Source of the DNA: Zygophlyctis sp. KS116
Lineage: Eukaryota; Fungi; Chytridiomycota
DNA: 32,000 nucleotides
Direction: 5' to 3'
Assembly (NCBI GenBank): GCA_054661495.1
Contig: BAAFSQ010000014.1
Coordinates: 1 to 32,000, forward strand
A program made the position numbers and the translations under genes. Numbering within the stretch: position 1 is the first letter of the stretch; every line of letters begins with the position of its first letter. The notes under the pieces are model-generated. The model saw only the letters and a list, made by a program, of their open reading frames with translations. It had not been told where the DNA came from and ran no database searches. Positions 1-12,456 of the stretch are shown piece by piece.

Positions 1-205
1 GAATAAATTGCGTTGATTGATAATATAATTCTGCAAGCTGCCAGCTGTTTTTAAACTATGTGAAATACAGATTTAATTTGGTCGCTACTCTAACAATTGT
101 AATTAGGAGGCGTTGAGCTTGCATAAAAGAAATTACACACTAGTTTCTGTTAACAAATCCGACCAGAAGTTTACAAATTTTAGCGACAAATATAGCATTA
201 TATTA

Positions 206-3200
206 TTAAACAAAGTGAGCAATAGTTTCTCGAGTTAAATTGGAAAATCCTTCTTCATCTTTAGAAACTCTCCAGATATAGTCTGCATGATCTGATCTGC
301 CCAGCATCTCCATAAACTTTTCATCATGAGTGATTACAATAAGTTGGAAATTCTTTTGGTCTTTTCTGGCGTCAATAATGTTTGCCAAGGATTCTGCTAA
401 TGACTCCATGTTAGAAATATCTAAATTCGTGGTCGGTTCATCCAGAGCCAAGATACCACAATTTAAACAAAATGTTTCAGCCAAAGCAAGTCTTATTATA
501 ATTGATGCTAAAACCTTTTGCCCAGCAGAGCATCTTCCTCGCATATCCAATTCTGCATGGTTTTTTATCATAACAACCTTTCTTATTATGATCAGATGAA
601 TACCCTGTAATTATATGACCGATTTCCTCTTGTACTTTCTAAATCTGATCTAATCTCAATAGTTTCAATATCTTCTTATCAGAATTTTGATATTACCATT
701 TCCCCGATAAGTCTTAACCCAGAGCTCTTTAATGATATCATTTATTTCCTTTAATTTGAGCCCATGGAACTTAACGATCGCCCTAAATATTTAATTGAAT
801 GAAATTACGCATCAAGAGCTTTCCCGTATTTTTCAAGATCCTCATGAGCCATTCTTTCAGTTTTAACCATTATAAGCTGCTTTCGATACACCATTTCAAT
901 ATCTTTATAATCTGTCGCCAACTCCATATCAATTCTTTTTTCCTGCTCTTGCAATTGTTTTAATTCTCCTACAAGTCCCTACATTAAATGAATCATGAAA
1001 AAAATACCGCTCGCTCTCCAACAAGTTTAGCATGCACTTGCTTCAGTTTATTGTATTGTATTTCAATTGATTCAGTATCGAATCCTGATATTTGTAGATC
1101 GAGTGCGTTTAGCTTAGAGTCCAACAGGTCCCTATCGTAATTCATTTGGCGATATTTAAGATTATCATCAATTGTGCGCTGCAATACTTGAATTTCAGAC
1201 CTCTGTTTGTTCATTCGATCAATATTGGAAGCAATCTCTTCCAAAGACCTCTTCGCAGCTTTTATTTCTTCGCCTAGATTGGAAATTTCCTGGATACAAT
1301 TTTCTAATCTTTTTGTACCATCTTCATCAATGAACGCTTGAATGTCATTCATTAAAACAGAGACTTGATTCAGAGATTTTTGTAGCTCATTCAGTTGATT
1401 TACTTTAACGGATTCTTCAGCAGCTAGTTTTTCTCTAAATTCCCGGATTTCTTTCTCTTTCTCTTCAAGGACTGGGCGTACACCTGCTGCTAATTCTTCT
1501 TGAGCTTTTATATCCACCTCCATTTTTACAATTTCCTGGCGTAAGTCATCTGCAGTCTGTCTCTTTCTTTCTTTTTCTTCCCATTTTTGCTCTAGTATTC
1601 GCAGTTTATCACGTTTATCTCTTATAGCGAATTCTTTTTCTTGGATATCATGATTCTTTTCTCGTATGTCTCTATTGACTCTATCAATTTCCTTTCTGAC
1701 AAATTGGCTATTATTTTAAAAAAAAACTATGGTACCATTGTGTTTGTACCTCTTCATGTTCCTTTTGAATCTGAATCATAGTTTTGGTCGATCCGGAAAT
1801 ACTTAGAGAGCGCTCTATGGACTTGATTTCTATGTCTAGTTGCTCCATTTCCGAGATTAACCTATTTAAATCTTGACATTTCTTTAGATGATCCGATAAA
1901 GTGAGTACTTCGGCATCTAATGTAGCGATTTCTGCAATCATCTAATTGTAAAAATAACCCTAATTTACATTTTCTTGAACCGTAGAAAAATTCGTTTTCT
2001 GGACCGATAACACATCAAGCTGAGAATTAAGTTCTGGAAGCTCCACTTTCGATAAACGTTCAACATCATCCCACGCGGATTGTAGTTTTCGTAATTGATT
2101 TCTCCTCTTTTCTGCCTCGGCCATCTGTTCTTCGTTACTTTGAATAGCATCTGGTATTTTGTTCAGAATACCTACCAACTTTGTTGTTAAGGAATCAAAC
2201 TGTACTTACTCTTTGCATAAACTTTTCTTCCTCCTGAACTCGATCATAAGGTCTGACACAGAGTGGACAGCAACGCGAAGATTCAAACTTTGATATAAAG
2301 TTCTTGTAGAGCTTTCCTGCCGATGATATAGATGAATAGCTTTCTTGAGCTTCATCGTACTCTTTTTCGGCCAATTCCTTCGCTTCAGGATAATTATCAG
2401 TCCCGCATAAACTTTTAATCCGAGTCAATCTATCTAGAAGGTGAATGATAATATCGTACCATTTATCTGTTCATTTTTGCTTTGAATATTATTTGAAATC
2501 ATTTGAACCTTGGAGTTCAAAGCAGAAATGTCTCTTTCATTATTTTTCTCTAATTCTCGAGCTACTTTTAGTGCCTTTTCTTTTTCCCTTGAAAATCAAT
2601 TTTATATATGTTACCTTAGCTCAGTTCGTATTTCAGATTCAATCATAGATGGTTCTAATTTAATTTTCTTTGTTCCATCACCATTCTTCCATTTTGAATC
2701 CAAAAGCGCTTTGAGAGACTCGACCGTTGCCACCTTTGATTCTCGGTCCGCAATCTTGATCCCAAGACGAGCTCTAGAATCAGCATGCTTGCTTAGAGAT
2801 GAGATTTCCTCATTGATTTCAGTCAATAAAAACTCCTTTGATTGTAAGTCAGCAGAAAGTGAGCGTAACTTCCCCTCTAATTCATTTGTTTTAAAGGAAG
2901 CTTTCGAATCTTCCATGTCCTGTTCGTCCATTTTTAGTTCTTTCTTAATAATTTCAAGATCATTCTTTGAAATTGAATATTGCTTTAAATCCTCCATTAT
3001 ACCATTTATTCTCAAATTTAAAGAGTTGACTTGAGTTTCATACATGAATTTGCGCTCTAAATGCGATGATAATTTCGAATTGATTGATTGAAATTGATCA
3101 GATAGCTCATTTTCCGACGCCTTCATTTTAGCTTTCCAAATTCGAATATCTGAAGAAAGATTATTATACTTGATATCCAACTGTTCTTTTACTTGAAGTG

Positions 3201-4398
3201 AATATTCTAAAGAATCATCAGACTGGCTAGAAATTGTAAATTTGTAAGATTCTGAAAGTGACTTCATTATAAACTGCAAGTCTTTGACTTGTTTCTCATA
3301 TGCCTAATTGTCATAAATTTAGTAAAATACATCAACTTGAGCCTGATAAGTACCTTTAAGAGTACAATGACTTGATAGTGATGACTCTAATAAAGCCAAA
3401 TCCTGAATTATATCCTGTTTTTGCATTTCTAAATTTTCTTGATTATTCTTTTGTTCTTGCAAAGATTTACGATAATCTTGTAATAAAGTTTGTAATTCTT
3501 GATCTGATTCCTGATATAATTCTAAATTCCCTTCCAAATCTTTTAAATTTTTAGCCAGAATCTCCTTTTCCAACTTTAAAGACTTTTGATCAGACTTTAA
3601 TTTCTGGTATTTTTGATTTTGATCCATTAATCCAGTCATTTGATCTACTAAACCTTCAATTTCACCTCCATCCAAAGTTGCAATCCTTAATTCTGTTTCA
3701 ATCATTAAAGAATGAATTTGATTTTTTGTATCTAATACTTTAGAAGACTTTAAAAATGAATTTTTCAAGTGTAAAAGTTCATTTTCTTGAATTTTCAAGT
3801 CTCCTGTTTTATCCTTTTTAAGTGTTTTTATATTTTCTAGTGCTTTTGTATATCTAGTAGCTGCAAATATTTCATCAAATTTCTTTTTTAAAATTGAAGG
3901 CTCTGAAAGCGGCCAATAAGATTCTTCTTGATGACAAAAAATAACATTTTCTAAAATTGCTTTAGAAACTCCTAAATGTAATGGCATTTCTGTATCTAAT
4001 TCTGTACAAGTAGAAGTTAAAGATCGTTCCTTTGCATCATCAATACACATTAAAGTAGAAAGAGTAGTTTTTTGAGTTCTAGAAGATTTATTTTGAGTCA
4101 ATTCCATCCCTCTTACAACTTGCATTCTTTTCCCCTTGATATTATAAAACGTAAGTCTGACTTGGGCCTTTACTTTATTCGAACCGCTCAACTTTGGATC
4201 ATTAATGAATGCTCCTTGTTTAGAATTTGGCGGTAATTCTCCTGTAGTTGCATACTTTAAGCATTCAATTAAACTAGTTTTGCCGCATCCATTTTTACCA
4301 ACAATGATTGTCAGTGGAGTATAGAATGAAATTGTTTGAGAGTCGTTTGGGTCAAATGATCGGATTCCTCTTATTTCCAAATGTTTGATCCTAGACAT
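206..4398 (-). CDS. RAD50: DNA repair SMC-like ATPase Rad50 (11 exons, ~1306 aa)
   Basis: Motifs: Walker [16 protein letters not shown], zinc hook CPLC, signature CSAGQ, Walker [16 protein letters not shown]. Ten GT-AG introns (plus-strand coords 3304-3330, 2588-2614, 2434-2459, 2179-2209, 1942-1968, 1708-1735, 979-1007, 783-808, 672-696, 578-603; 272 nt total) leave 3921 nt = 1307 codons. Confidence 0.97.
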
Positions 4399-4531
4399 GT
4401 TTTACTTAAGTTTTTTAGTGCTCTTGTCAGGGATGGCCCAAATTATCAACATTATCACGTTTTATAAGGATATAAATTTCTAATAATAAAGCGTCACGAC
4501 GGCCGTGGAATTTTTTTTACGCAAACTGAAA

Positions 4532-5865
<1,334 letters not shown>

Positions 5866-5880
5866 AAAAGAGATTTTTTC

Positions 5881-6252
5881 TTATTTAAACTTTTCCTGAC
5901 GAAGAAACATTCCATTAAGTCTTTTTGCAGTTCTAGCATTTGACCTTGTACATTGTCCATGAACCGGAAGCCCAATTTTATGCCTGTGTCCTCTTCTTGT
6001 CCCCAAATTTATCATTTTTATAATATTATTATTAATAGATCTTTTTAGATCAGATTCAATCAACTGATCATTGAGAGTTGTTGATAGTGCAGTTAATTTA
6101 TCTTCAGTTAATTCCGATAGTCTGCATCTTGGATGAATCATTAGCTTGTGTGTGAGTTTTGTAGCAGTAGGCAAGCCAATTCCAAAGATTGAAGTCAGAG
6201 CAATATTGACTATTTTATGATCAGGAAGATTGACGCCCAAGAGATAAACCAT
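5881..6252 (-). CDS. SWS2: Mitochondrial ribosomal protein uS13 (Sws2-like)
   Basis: uS13 motifs LGVNLP..K.V.IALTSIFGIG and RGHRHKIGLPVHGQCTRSNART; 123 aa, intronless. Confidence 0.88.
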   Translation of the reverse strand: MVYLLGVNLPDHKIVNIALTSIFGIGLPTATKLTHKLMIHPRCRLSELTEDKLTALSTTLNDQLIESDLKRSINNNIIKMINLGTRRGHRHKIGLPVHGQCTRSNARTAKRLNGMFLRQEKFK

Positions 6253-6340
6253 TTCTGTCCAACGCTGCCCCTACCGGTAACCATGGCGGTAACCATAACC
6301 ATGGCCATGGCCTTGGACTAGTCAATTTGGCGACTCTTGA

Positions 6341-6410
6341 GGACAATAGGTGCTAATTGAAGGACAATACTGGAAAGTCAAAGGACAATACTGGAAATTG
6401 AGGGACAACA
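6341..6410 (+). repeat. Imperfect ~21-bp tandem repeat with core GGACAA, 4 copies
   Basis: GGACAA starts at 6341, 6362, 6383 and 6403. The two central copies share AGGACAATACTGGAAA. Confidence 0.8.
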
Positions 6411-6421
6411 AGGTCTGCCCA

Positions 6422-7249
6422 ATGGATAATCTCGTCAATTCTCTTAAATCTCTAGAGATTATTGGATCTACCGATGCAACTCTTGAGCAATTAGGATTAC
6501 AATACAAACTAATTGATAATAACGATCTTCTCAGAGATTTTCTAAAAGATTTGGAATGCATTCCAGAGGATAAATGGTTAAATGTAGACTTTGAAGGTGT
6601 TGATCTCTGTAAAACTGGAATTGTTTGTCTTGGACAAGTTCATATTTCAGGATCTAAAATTGTCTACATTTTGGATTTTATAAAAATACCAAACTTGATG
6701 ACTTTTGAAAGAAATGGGAAATCTTTGAAATCAATTTTTGAATCTTCAATTACAAAAGTATTTTTTGATCCTAGAAATGATATAGATGCGATTGCACATC
6801 AATTTGATACAATTCCAAAGAATGTATTATGTTTACAAATTTGTGAAATTGCTAAAAGAAAAACTGATGGTGTTGGACTTATACGGTTTGTTATTGGATT
6901 AAAAAAGACTTTTGAAAAATATCTACAAATCTCAAATGCTAAAAAAACTTTAATTACACGGTTAAAGTCTCAAGGACAATCACTCTTTGATCCAAATTCT
7001 GGTGGTAGTTATCAAGTTTTTAAAGATCGACCATTAAAACCTGAAATTATTCAATATTGTGCAATTGATGTTGCTTATTTTGATGATTTAAAAACTATTT
7101 TGTATGATGGACTCCCAAATTATATGAAAAAGAATGTGATGATTGCTTGTAATGCACGAGTCAAGGAATGTCTCTCTCCTGATTATAACCCACATGGTAA
7201 ACAAAAGGCGTGTGCAAAGGCTGTCATGAAGGATTTAAACAGAAAATAA
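6422..7249 (+). CDS. DEDDy 3'-5' exonuclease (EXD/RNase D-like), intronless, ~275 aa
   Basis: ExoI VDFEG, ExoII KVFFDPRND, ExoIII YCAIDV. The first ATG is at 6422; the ORF-track extension from 6350 only reads through the upstream repeat. Confidence 0.85.
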   Translation: MDNLVNSLKSLEIIGSTDATLEQLGLQYKLIDNNDLLRDFLKDLECIPEDKWLNVDFEGVDLCKTGIVCLGQVHISGSKIVYILDFIKIPNLMTFERNGKSLKSIFESSITKVFFDPRNDIDAIAHQFDTIPKNVLCLQICEIAKRKTDGVGLIRFVIGLKKTFEKYLQISNAKKTLITRLKSQGQSLFDPNSGGSYQVFKDRPLKPEIIQYCAIDVAYFDDLKTILYDGLPNYMKKNVMIACNARVKECLSPDYNPHGKQKACAKAVMKDLNRK

Positions 7250-7279
7250 ATCTAATAAAATCTAATAAAATCTAATAAT
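7245..7279 (+). repeat. 10-bp tandem repeat (AATAAAATCT x~3) at the exonuclease stop
   Basis: aataaatctaataaaatctaataaaatctaataat; contains three AATAAA hexamers. Confidence 0.7.
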
Positions 7280-7357
7280 ATTAGGAAATTAAAAGCTTGT
7301 AAAATGATTTAAACGTTCAACTTTCGCGTTGAAGATTTTGCGTTTTCAATTCACAAT

Positions 7358-7955
7358 ATGAGCGATAGTTTTCAGAAAATTGTAATTCTTGGAGGAGGTG
7401 CAGTTGGTAAAACCGCTCTTATAATACAATTTATTTCTAATCAGTTTAATGGTATATATTTATTCTTTAATCGTAGAAATCTATGATCCAACAATAGAAG
7501 ATGCATTTAGAAAACAAGTCGTCATTGATGATGTTCCAGTTAGAATAGAAATTCTAGACACTGCAGGACAGGAAGAATTTGTTGCATTAAGGCATCAGTG
7601 GGTCAGAGATGGACAAGCATTTTTATTGGTTTATTCTTGTCTTTCACCAGCGTCGTTTGATGAAATTGAAAAGTTTAAAAAGGATATTGATCTAGTAAAG
7701 GAATCTAGTAATACTCCTATTATACTCGTTGCTAACAAGTGTGATAAAATATCAGAAGCACAAGTTACAAAAGAACAAGGACTTGCACTTGCTAAAAAAT
7801 TAAACTGTTCATTTATAGAAACCTCTGCAAAAACTGGAATGAATGTAGAAAAGGCTTTTTTCGATTTGATTAGAAAATTAAGAAAGTTTGAAGAGTCTAC
7901 AGGAATTGTTCGAAAGAAGAGGAAGAAGAGAAAAGTCAAGTGTGTACTATTATAA
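7358..7955 (+). CDS. RAS: Ras-family small GTPase (2 exons, ~190 aa)
   Basis: P-loop GGGAVGKT in exon 1; 25-nt intron 7452-7476; effector YDPTIED, DTAGQEE, NKCD, ETSAK; polybasic tail KKRKKRKVK and CAAX CVLL. Confidence 0.93.
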
Positions 7956-8092
7956 TATTCACGTTTGTATATAAAGGTCAATTTCATTCTAGTAGGAGCT
8001 TTAAAGCATGTTTAATTAGTCAGCAAGTGGCTGAGCAGCTTTATAATAGAATTGTCCAGTTATTGTCCATTGACGGAAATTTTTCTTGTTTA

Positions 8093-8509
8093 ATGTCTCC
8101 AAGAGGACTAGTTAGAGAGCAGCCTGGGAATGAATTGGGATGGGAAAATTGGATCGATTTAAATAAGGGGAAAATACCAATTGATATTGAAGGACAAAAG
8201 GTTACATTTTACATTGATCCTGATAAGGCCCCTCCGTTAAATATTATAATCTATCCAGATGCCAAGATTGATAGAGTGGATACAGTTGATGTCAAAGTTG
8301 AATTTTATGAAAAGGAGGGAGTTGGACTTATAACTGGTCCTGATTGGGCAAACGAATGGTTGGGCATTCCCCTTCAACCTGATGAACACCATCCTCATGA
8401 TTGGATTACAATTGATAAGGATGGGGATGGATTTATTTCTAAAATCCGTCTGTATGACATCTCATATCCAAAGGGGAAAAGAACAAGGAGTGATGCTAAT
8501 GGTAAATAA
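8093..8509 (+). CDS. Hypothetical protein, intronless, ~138 aa
   Basis: Open frame from ATG 8093 with globular beta-rich composition; no confident family. Confidence 0.55.
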   Translation: MSPRGLVREQPGNELGWENWIDLNKGKIPIDIEGQKVTFYIDPDKAPPLNIIIYPDAKIDRVDTVDVKVEFYEKEGVGLITGPDWANEWLGIPLQPDEHHPHDWITIDKDGDGFISKIRLYDISYPKGKRTRSDANGK

Positions 8510-8710
8510 TCTTTTTATTTATATTTAGCAAGATTTCTCTTTAAAATCAATCAAGACGAGTCTCTAATCTTTTGTTCTCCATTGACAATAATTAAGAGCA
8601 ACAAGAGTTTAAATCGTAAGAAACGTAAAACGCTGTCTGAACCTGATCGTATAAACTTTTTCACTAGAAAGATTGTGAAACACAAACGAATCCAACATAA
8701 TTGGAATTCA

Positions 8711-9307
8711 ATGCATCTCTATCTAACTCATGATTTTGATGGAGATTCTAACGAAATCTCTGATTGGATAAAGAACTTAACAGAGTCTAATCTGTTCAAA
8801 TTACTATCTGCAAAAGATGCAATTGATAGTAATCCATTTATGTCTAGTGTCTTTTATGGAAAGTATACGATTGGTATAAAAGTTTTAGAACTTTTACCTA
8901 AATCTCAACGTAAAGACATTGTAATGAATTTGAATAGTTTTGGTTCAAATGTATTACACATTGCTGCATCTAGAGGATACTTGGAATTTTTAACTCTTTT
9001 TAAACAAAAATTCTCATCTTGGGGGCTACTTTCAGAGGATATTATCAATATGATTACTCAAAAAGAAGTACACGAAGCTATTCCGATTGAAATGGCTTAC
9101 TTTCAGAATAGTGTACGTGGTCGTGATAGAGGAGGTATAGTTTCCTTTTTCTCGATTTGGATGTGTGAATTAGGGGTATACGTTCCACCACCCCATCCAG
9201 CTCAAATATTTGCAGCATTACTACCTGATATGTACCCTATCCAGCAAAATGCACTAGATCCTGTCGTAGTAAATGAAAATCTTTTCTTTCAGTCTGAAAT
9301 AAACTAA
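8711..9307 (+). CDS. Ankyrin-repeat-containing protein, ~198 aa
   Basis: Ankyrin-like GSNVLHIAASRGYLEFL and degenerate repeats NPFMSSVFYG and IPIEMAY; first ATG at 8711. Confidence 0.6.
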   Translation: MHLYLTHDFDGDSNEISDWIKNLTESNLFKLLSAKDAIDSNPFMSSVFYGKYTIGIKVLELLPKSQRKDIVMNLNSFGSNVLHIAASRGYLEFLTLFKQKFSSWGLLSEDIINMITQKEVHEAIPIEMAYFQNSVRGRDRGGIVSFFSIWMCELGVYVPPPHPAQIFAALLPDMYPIQQNALDPVVVNENLFFQSEIN

Positions 9308-9424
9308 ACCTAGTTTTCTTTTTAGAACCCCTACCATTGACAAAAAAATAACGCCACTTTGACAATGCCCTAAGCAAGGTTTTAAAAAAAATACAAGCCC
9401 TAAGACTCTTGAAAAAAAATTAAA

Positions 9425-10372
9425 ATGGCAGCGGTAAGTTTATTACAAGGGGCACTGGCGGGATCCTAGGAGACGCAAAATCAGAGATCGCAAGATCTCT
9501 TAGGAAATTTAATTTCCCATGACCTTAGGAATCTAATTCCAATGACCCTTTGCGTCTTCTCTAATCTATTAGTCAAAATCTACAAAAAAACCTGTTGCAA
9601 AGTCTGTAAAGGCAAAAGCCCCAGTCAATCCCTTGATTGAGAAGAAACCAAAGAATTTTGGAATCGGACAAGATATTCAGCCAAAGAGAGATCTCAGTCG
9701 TTTTGTTAAATGGCCAGAATATGTTCGTTTACAAAGACAAAAGGCTATCCTTAAGATGCGTTTAAAGGTTCCTCCAGCAATTAATCAGTTCTCTAAATGT
9801 CTGGATAAGAATACTGCTACCAATCTTTTCAAATTACTCAACAAGTACCGCCCAGAAACTTCAATCGAGAAAAAGGCTCGTTTAAGAAGTGCTGCTGAAA
9901 CAGTGGCTGCTGGAGGTAAAGTCGAGCAAGGAAAGAAGCCAGTCATGGTTAAATATGGTATTAATCATATTACTGCATTGGTTGAAGCTAAAAAGGCTTC
10001 ATTGGTTGTGATTGCTCATGATGTTGATCCTATTGAAATTGTTGTATGGCTTCCTGCTCTTTGTCGTAAAATGGGAGTTCCTTACTGTATTGTCAAGTCA
10101 AAATCTAGATTGGGAACTGTTGTTCACAAGAAAACTGCTACTGCTTTAGCTATTACAGATGTTCATCCTGAAGATAAACAATCTTTGGCTGCTTTAGTAA
10201 CTGCTATTAAGAGCAATTGTAAGTTTTTAAAGGAAAATTCTTATATATAGTCAATGACAAGTTTGATGAAACTAGAAAAGTATGGGGAGGTGGTATCATG
10301 GGTCAGAAATCGCAAGAAAAGACTCTAAAGAGAGAAAAGGCAGCTGCGAGAGAAATTAAAGCTCGTGTTTAA
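9425..10372 (+). CDS. RPL8: 60S ribosomal protein eL8 (L7a/Rpl8), 3 exons, ~258 aa
   Basis: [30 protein letters not shown] and [27 protein letters not shown]. Exon 1 is ATG GCA GCG; introns 9434-9572 (139 nt) and 10219-10250; spliced length 777 nt. Confidence 0.97.
9468..9560 (+). promoter_or_regulatory. Structured RNA element inside RPL8 intron 1 (candidate cis-regulatory element)
   Basis: 12-bp closing stem 9468-9479/9549-9560. It encloses a 7-bp GCAA-tetraloop hairpin (9483-9500) and two hairpins GGAA..TTCC, each followed by (C/A)ATGACC. Confidence 0.7.
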
Positions 10373-10384
10373 AAAATATGGTTT

Positions 10385-11699
10385 CTATTCACAAGATGAA
10401 GGATTAAACCTAACAATAATAATACTCAAGTTATCAGTTGAGAAATTTTTCAGAGAGTGGTCCAGTAGCTTTTGAGCAGACTCTTGAGGATCAGTCACTT
10501 CCCCCAATACTTCTGCAGCACCCTGATCTGTACAGACATCCCAAACCTACCAATAAATTTAATGAATTTACCCCATCACAGGCAAGTATTAACAAGTCAT
10601 CTTGCGGTGATAGAATTGTTTCTGTTGTGTAAGGATTTCCAATCACCCATTCCTTCATTGATTGATCTCCTAAAGAACGTGTCACTGCAAGAACTCCTAC
10701 AATTTCATTATTTTATAAACTTACCATTTACTCTACTATTAAGCATAAATCCACCTTTTTCCTTTACCCTTGTCGACTCTGAAGGATCACTTCCCTTATG
10801 ATCATATGATAGTCTAATTGCTTGACCATTACGGCTATAAATTTTAGTTTAGACTTTTACCGTAAAACTGCTCTTGCATCCCCAACATTTGCTGTATATA
10901 AAATCCTCTAGTCTTTTAGAACAATATTTAATACTTTTTTAACTATTTTTTCATCAATTTTCCTGTCTTCATATCTAACAAAAGCAACAATAACTGTTGT
11001 CCCTGCAAAAATTTCTTTTCTTTGAGACATTTGATAATCAACATCTATAAATGTTTTATTCAAAACATCAGGAATTGGATCATTTGGACATTCCTTTAAG
11101 AATTTAATAAATGTCTATGATAAACTGAAATTTTCCTACCTCGTGTAAGAACTTTTGACAATAATCTGCGGCAGACTTTCCAGCATGCCCATCATAAATT
11201 GCAAAAAATCCTGATCCTTGTTGTTGATCAAAATTATAAAAGTAAACATGAGCATCTTCCATTGTCCTTCTATACCTTTTATTTTTATCTACTGCAACTC
11301 CAATTGAAAATCCACACGTCTCATATTCACGTATCATTTCCTGTGGATCTTCTGAAATATCATCTGATGGTTCTATAGATGTAGCTGAGCCTATCAATGG
11401 TTGAGAATTGAATTTCTGAAAGTCTGAAGCCAAGTCTGTTTTTAAAGTCGCCAAAAACTCAGAGTCATCTGGGTCTAGATTATTAAAATCTATATTTGGG
11501 TTTGAGCAATTTGCTTTTTCTTTAAATTACAAAAATCCTTATTACCCGGCGGTGGACTATCATCAACCATGATCATTGTTGCTGGTGTCAAATCCTCTAC
11601 CAACCAATTAGAAGAAGCCGCCTTAATTTTTTCATTTGGCAAAAGACAATTATTTGCCGTTGAATCTATCTCTTCTTTCGACCGACTTTTATCTGTCAT
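10385..11699 (-). CDS. PTC1: PP2C protein phosphatase, Ptc1-like (7 exons, ~385 aa)
   Basis: Motifs: [39 protein letters not shown]|VWDV, STDNLS. Introns 11520-11545, 11115-11139, 10908-10934, 10835-10860, 10697-10724, 10547-10571; spliced length 1158 nt. Confidence 0.9.
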
Positions 11700-12031
11700 C
11701 CAATGTTTGAAAATCCAATCGACAAGAAAATCTTGGTTTTATCAACGCGTTTTGACGGTTCCGTGGCTATTGTTTTCTATTAGATAGAATGCAAGATTAT
11801 CCCGATTCCCTGGGACTATTACTACATGCTTCTCTTCTGATCTTGTTCTCTTGCGATCTTCCTGAATTGTAGACCTGGACCAAGAAATTTGATCTAGAGT
11901 AAATGTCTAGAGCTAAAGTCAAACAAGAGTAAAAATCATGATCTATACTTTATTTCAAAAATCTAAAATCTATAGTCTAAAATCATTAGGAAAATCTATA
12001 TTCATAAAAATCATTAGAAAAATGCAAACGG

Positions 12032-12367
12032 ATGATGTCATTGATTATTGGCCCTGCTGAATATTATAAAAAACACATGAATCCAACTGAAGCCAGATCG
12101 CATTCATACCAGAGATCAGTTCATCAATCAATGTTCAAATACAAGACCCTTTCAAACTTTCTAATAGAAAAATCATTCAGACCAACACCAATCCCTGGAG
12201 AATTATCAACACAGTTAAAACTTATAGATGAATTTAATGGGATTCTAACATACTCTAATCAAAAATCAGGAGAAAATTATGCATTTTATCAGCTAGATTC
12301 CTCTCAACCAGTTTTTCTTCCTTGTCTATCTAGGATTCTATATGGATCTAAACTCTCTCAGGAATAA
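12032..12367 (+). CDS. Possible small hypothetical protein
   Basis: 111-codon ORF filling an otherwise empty gap in a very compact genome; no motifs recognised. Confidence 0.3.
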   Translation: MMSLIIGPAEYYKKHMNPTEARSHSYQRSVHQSMFKYKTLSNFLIEKSFRPTPIPGELSTQLKLIDEFNGILTYSNQKSGENYAFYQLDSSQPVFLPCLSRILYGSKLSQE

Positions 12368-12456
12368 TCTCTAATCTTTTAAATTTAATAGATTTTCTAT
12401 TTTCTTGACTTTTTCAATTAGTGAAATTTCAAATAGTAAAAATTTCAAATACAAGT

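Noticed and set aside
4399-4531. Rpn4/PACE site in the RAD50-RPT3 divergent promoter
   Set aside because: GATGGCCCAAA does not match GGTGGCAAA well enough.
6341-6410. CRISPR-like repeat array
   Set aside because: Units are tandem and about 21 nt with no unique spacers; no cas genes; eukaryotic context.
9434-9572. Intronic snoRNA in RPL8
   Set aside because: No CTGA box D, no full RTGATGA box C and no 3' ACA box, so it is treated as a cis-element instead. An Rfam search would settle this.
11930-12021. Repeated AAAATC(T/A) motifs
   Set aside because: Low-complexity AT-rich sequence without a regular period.
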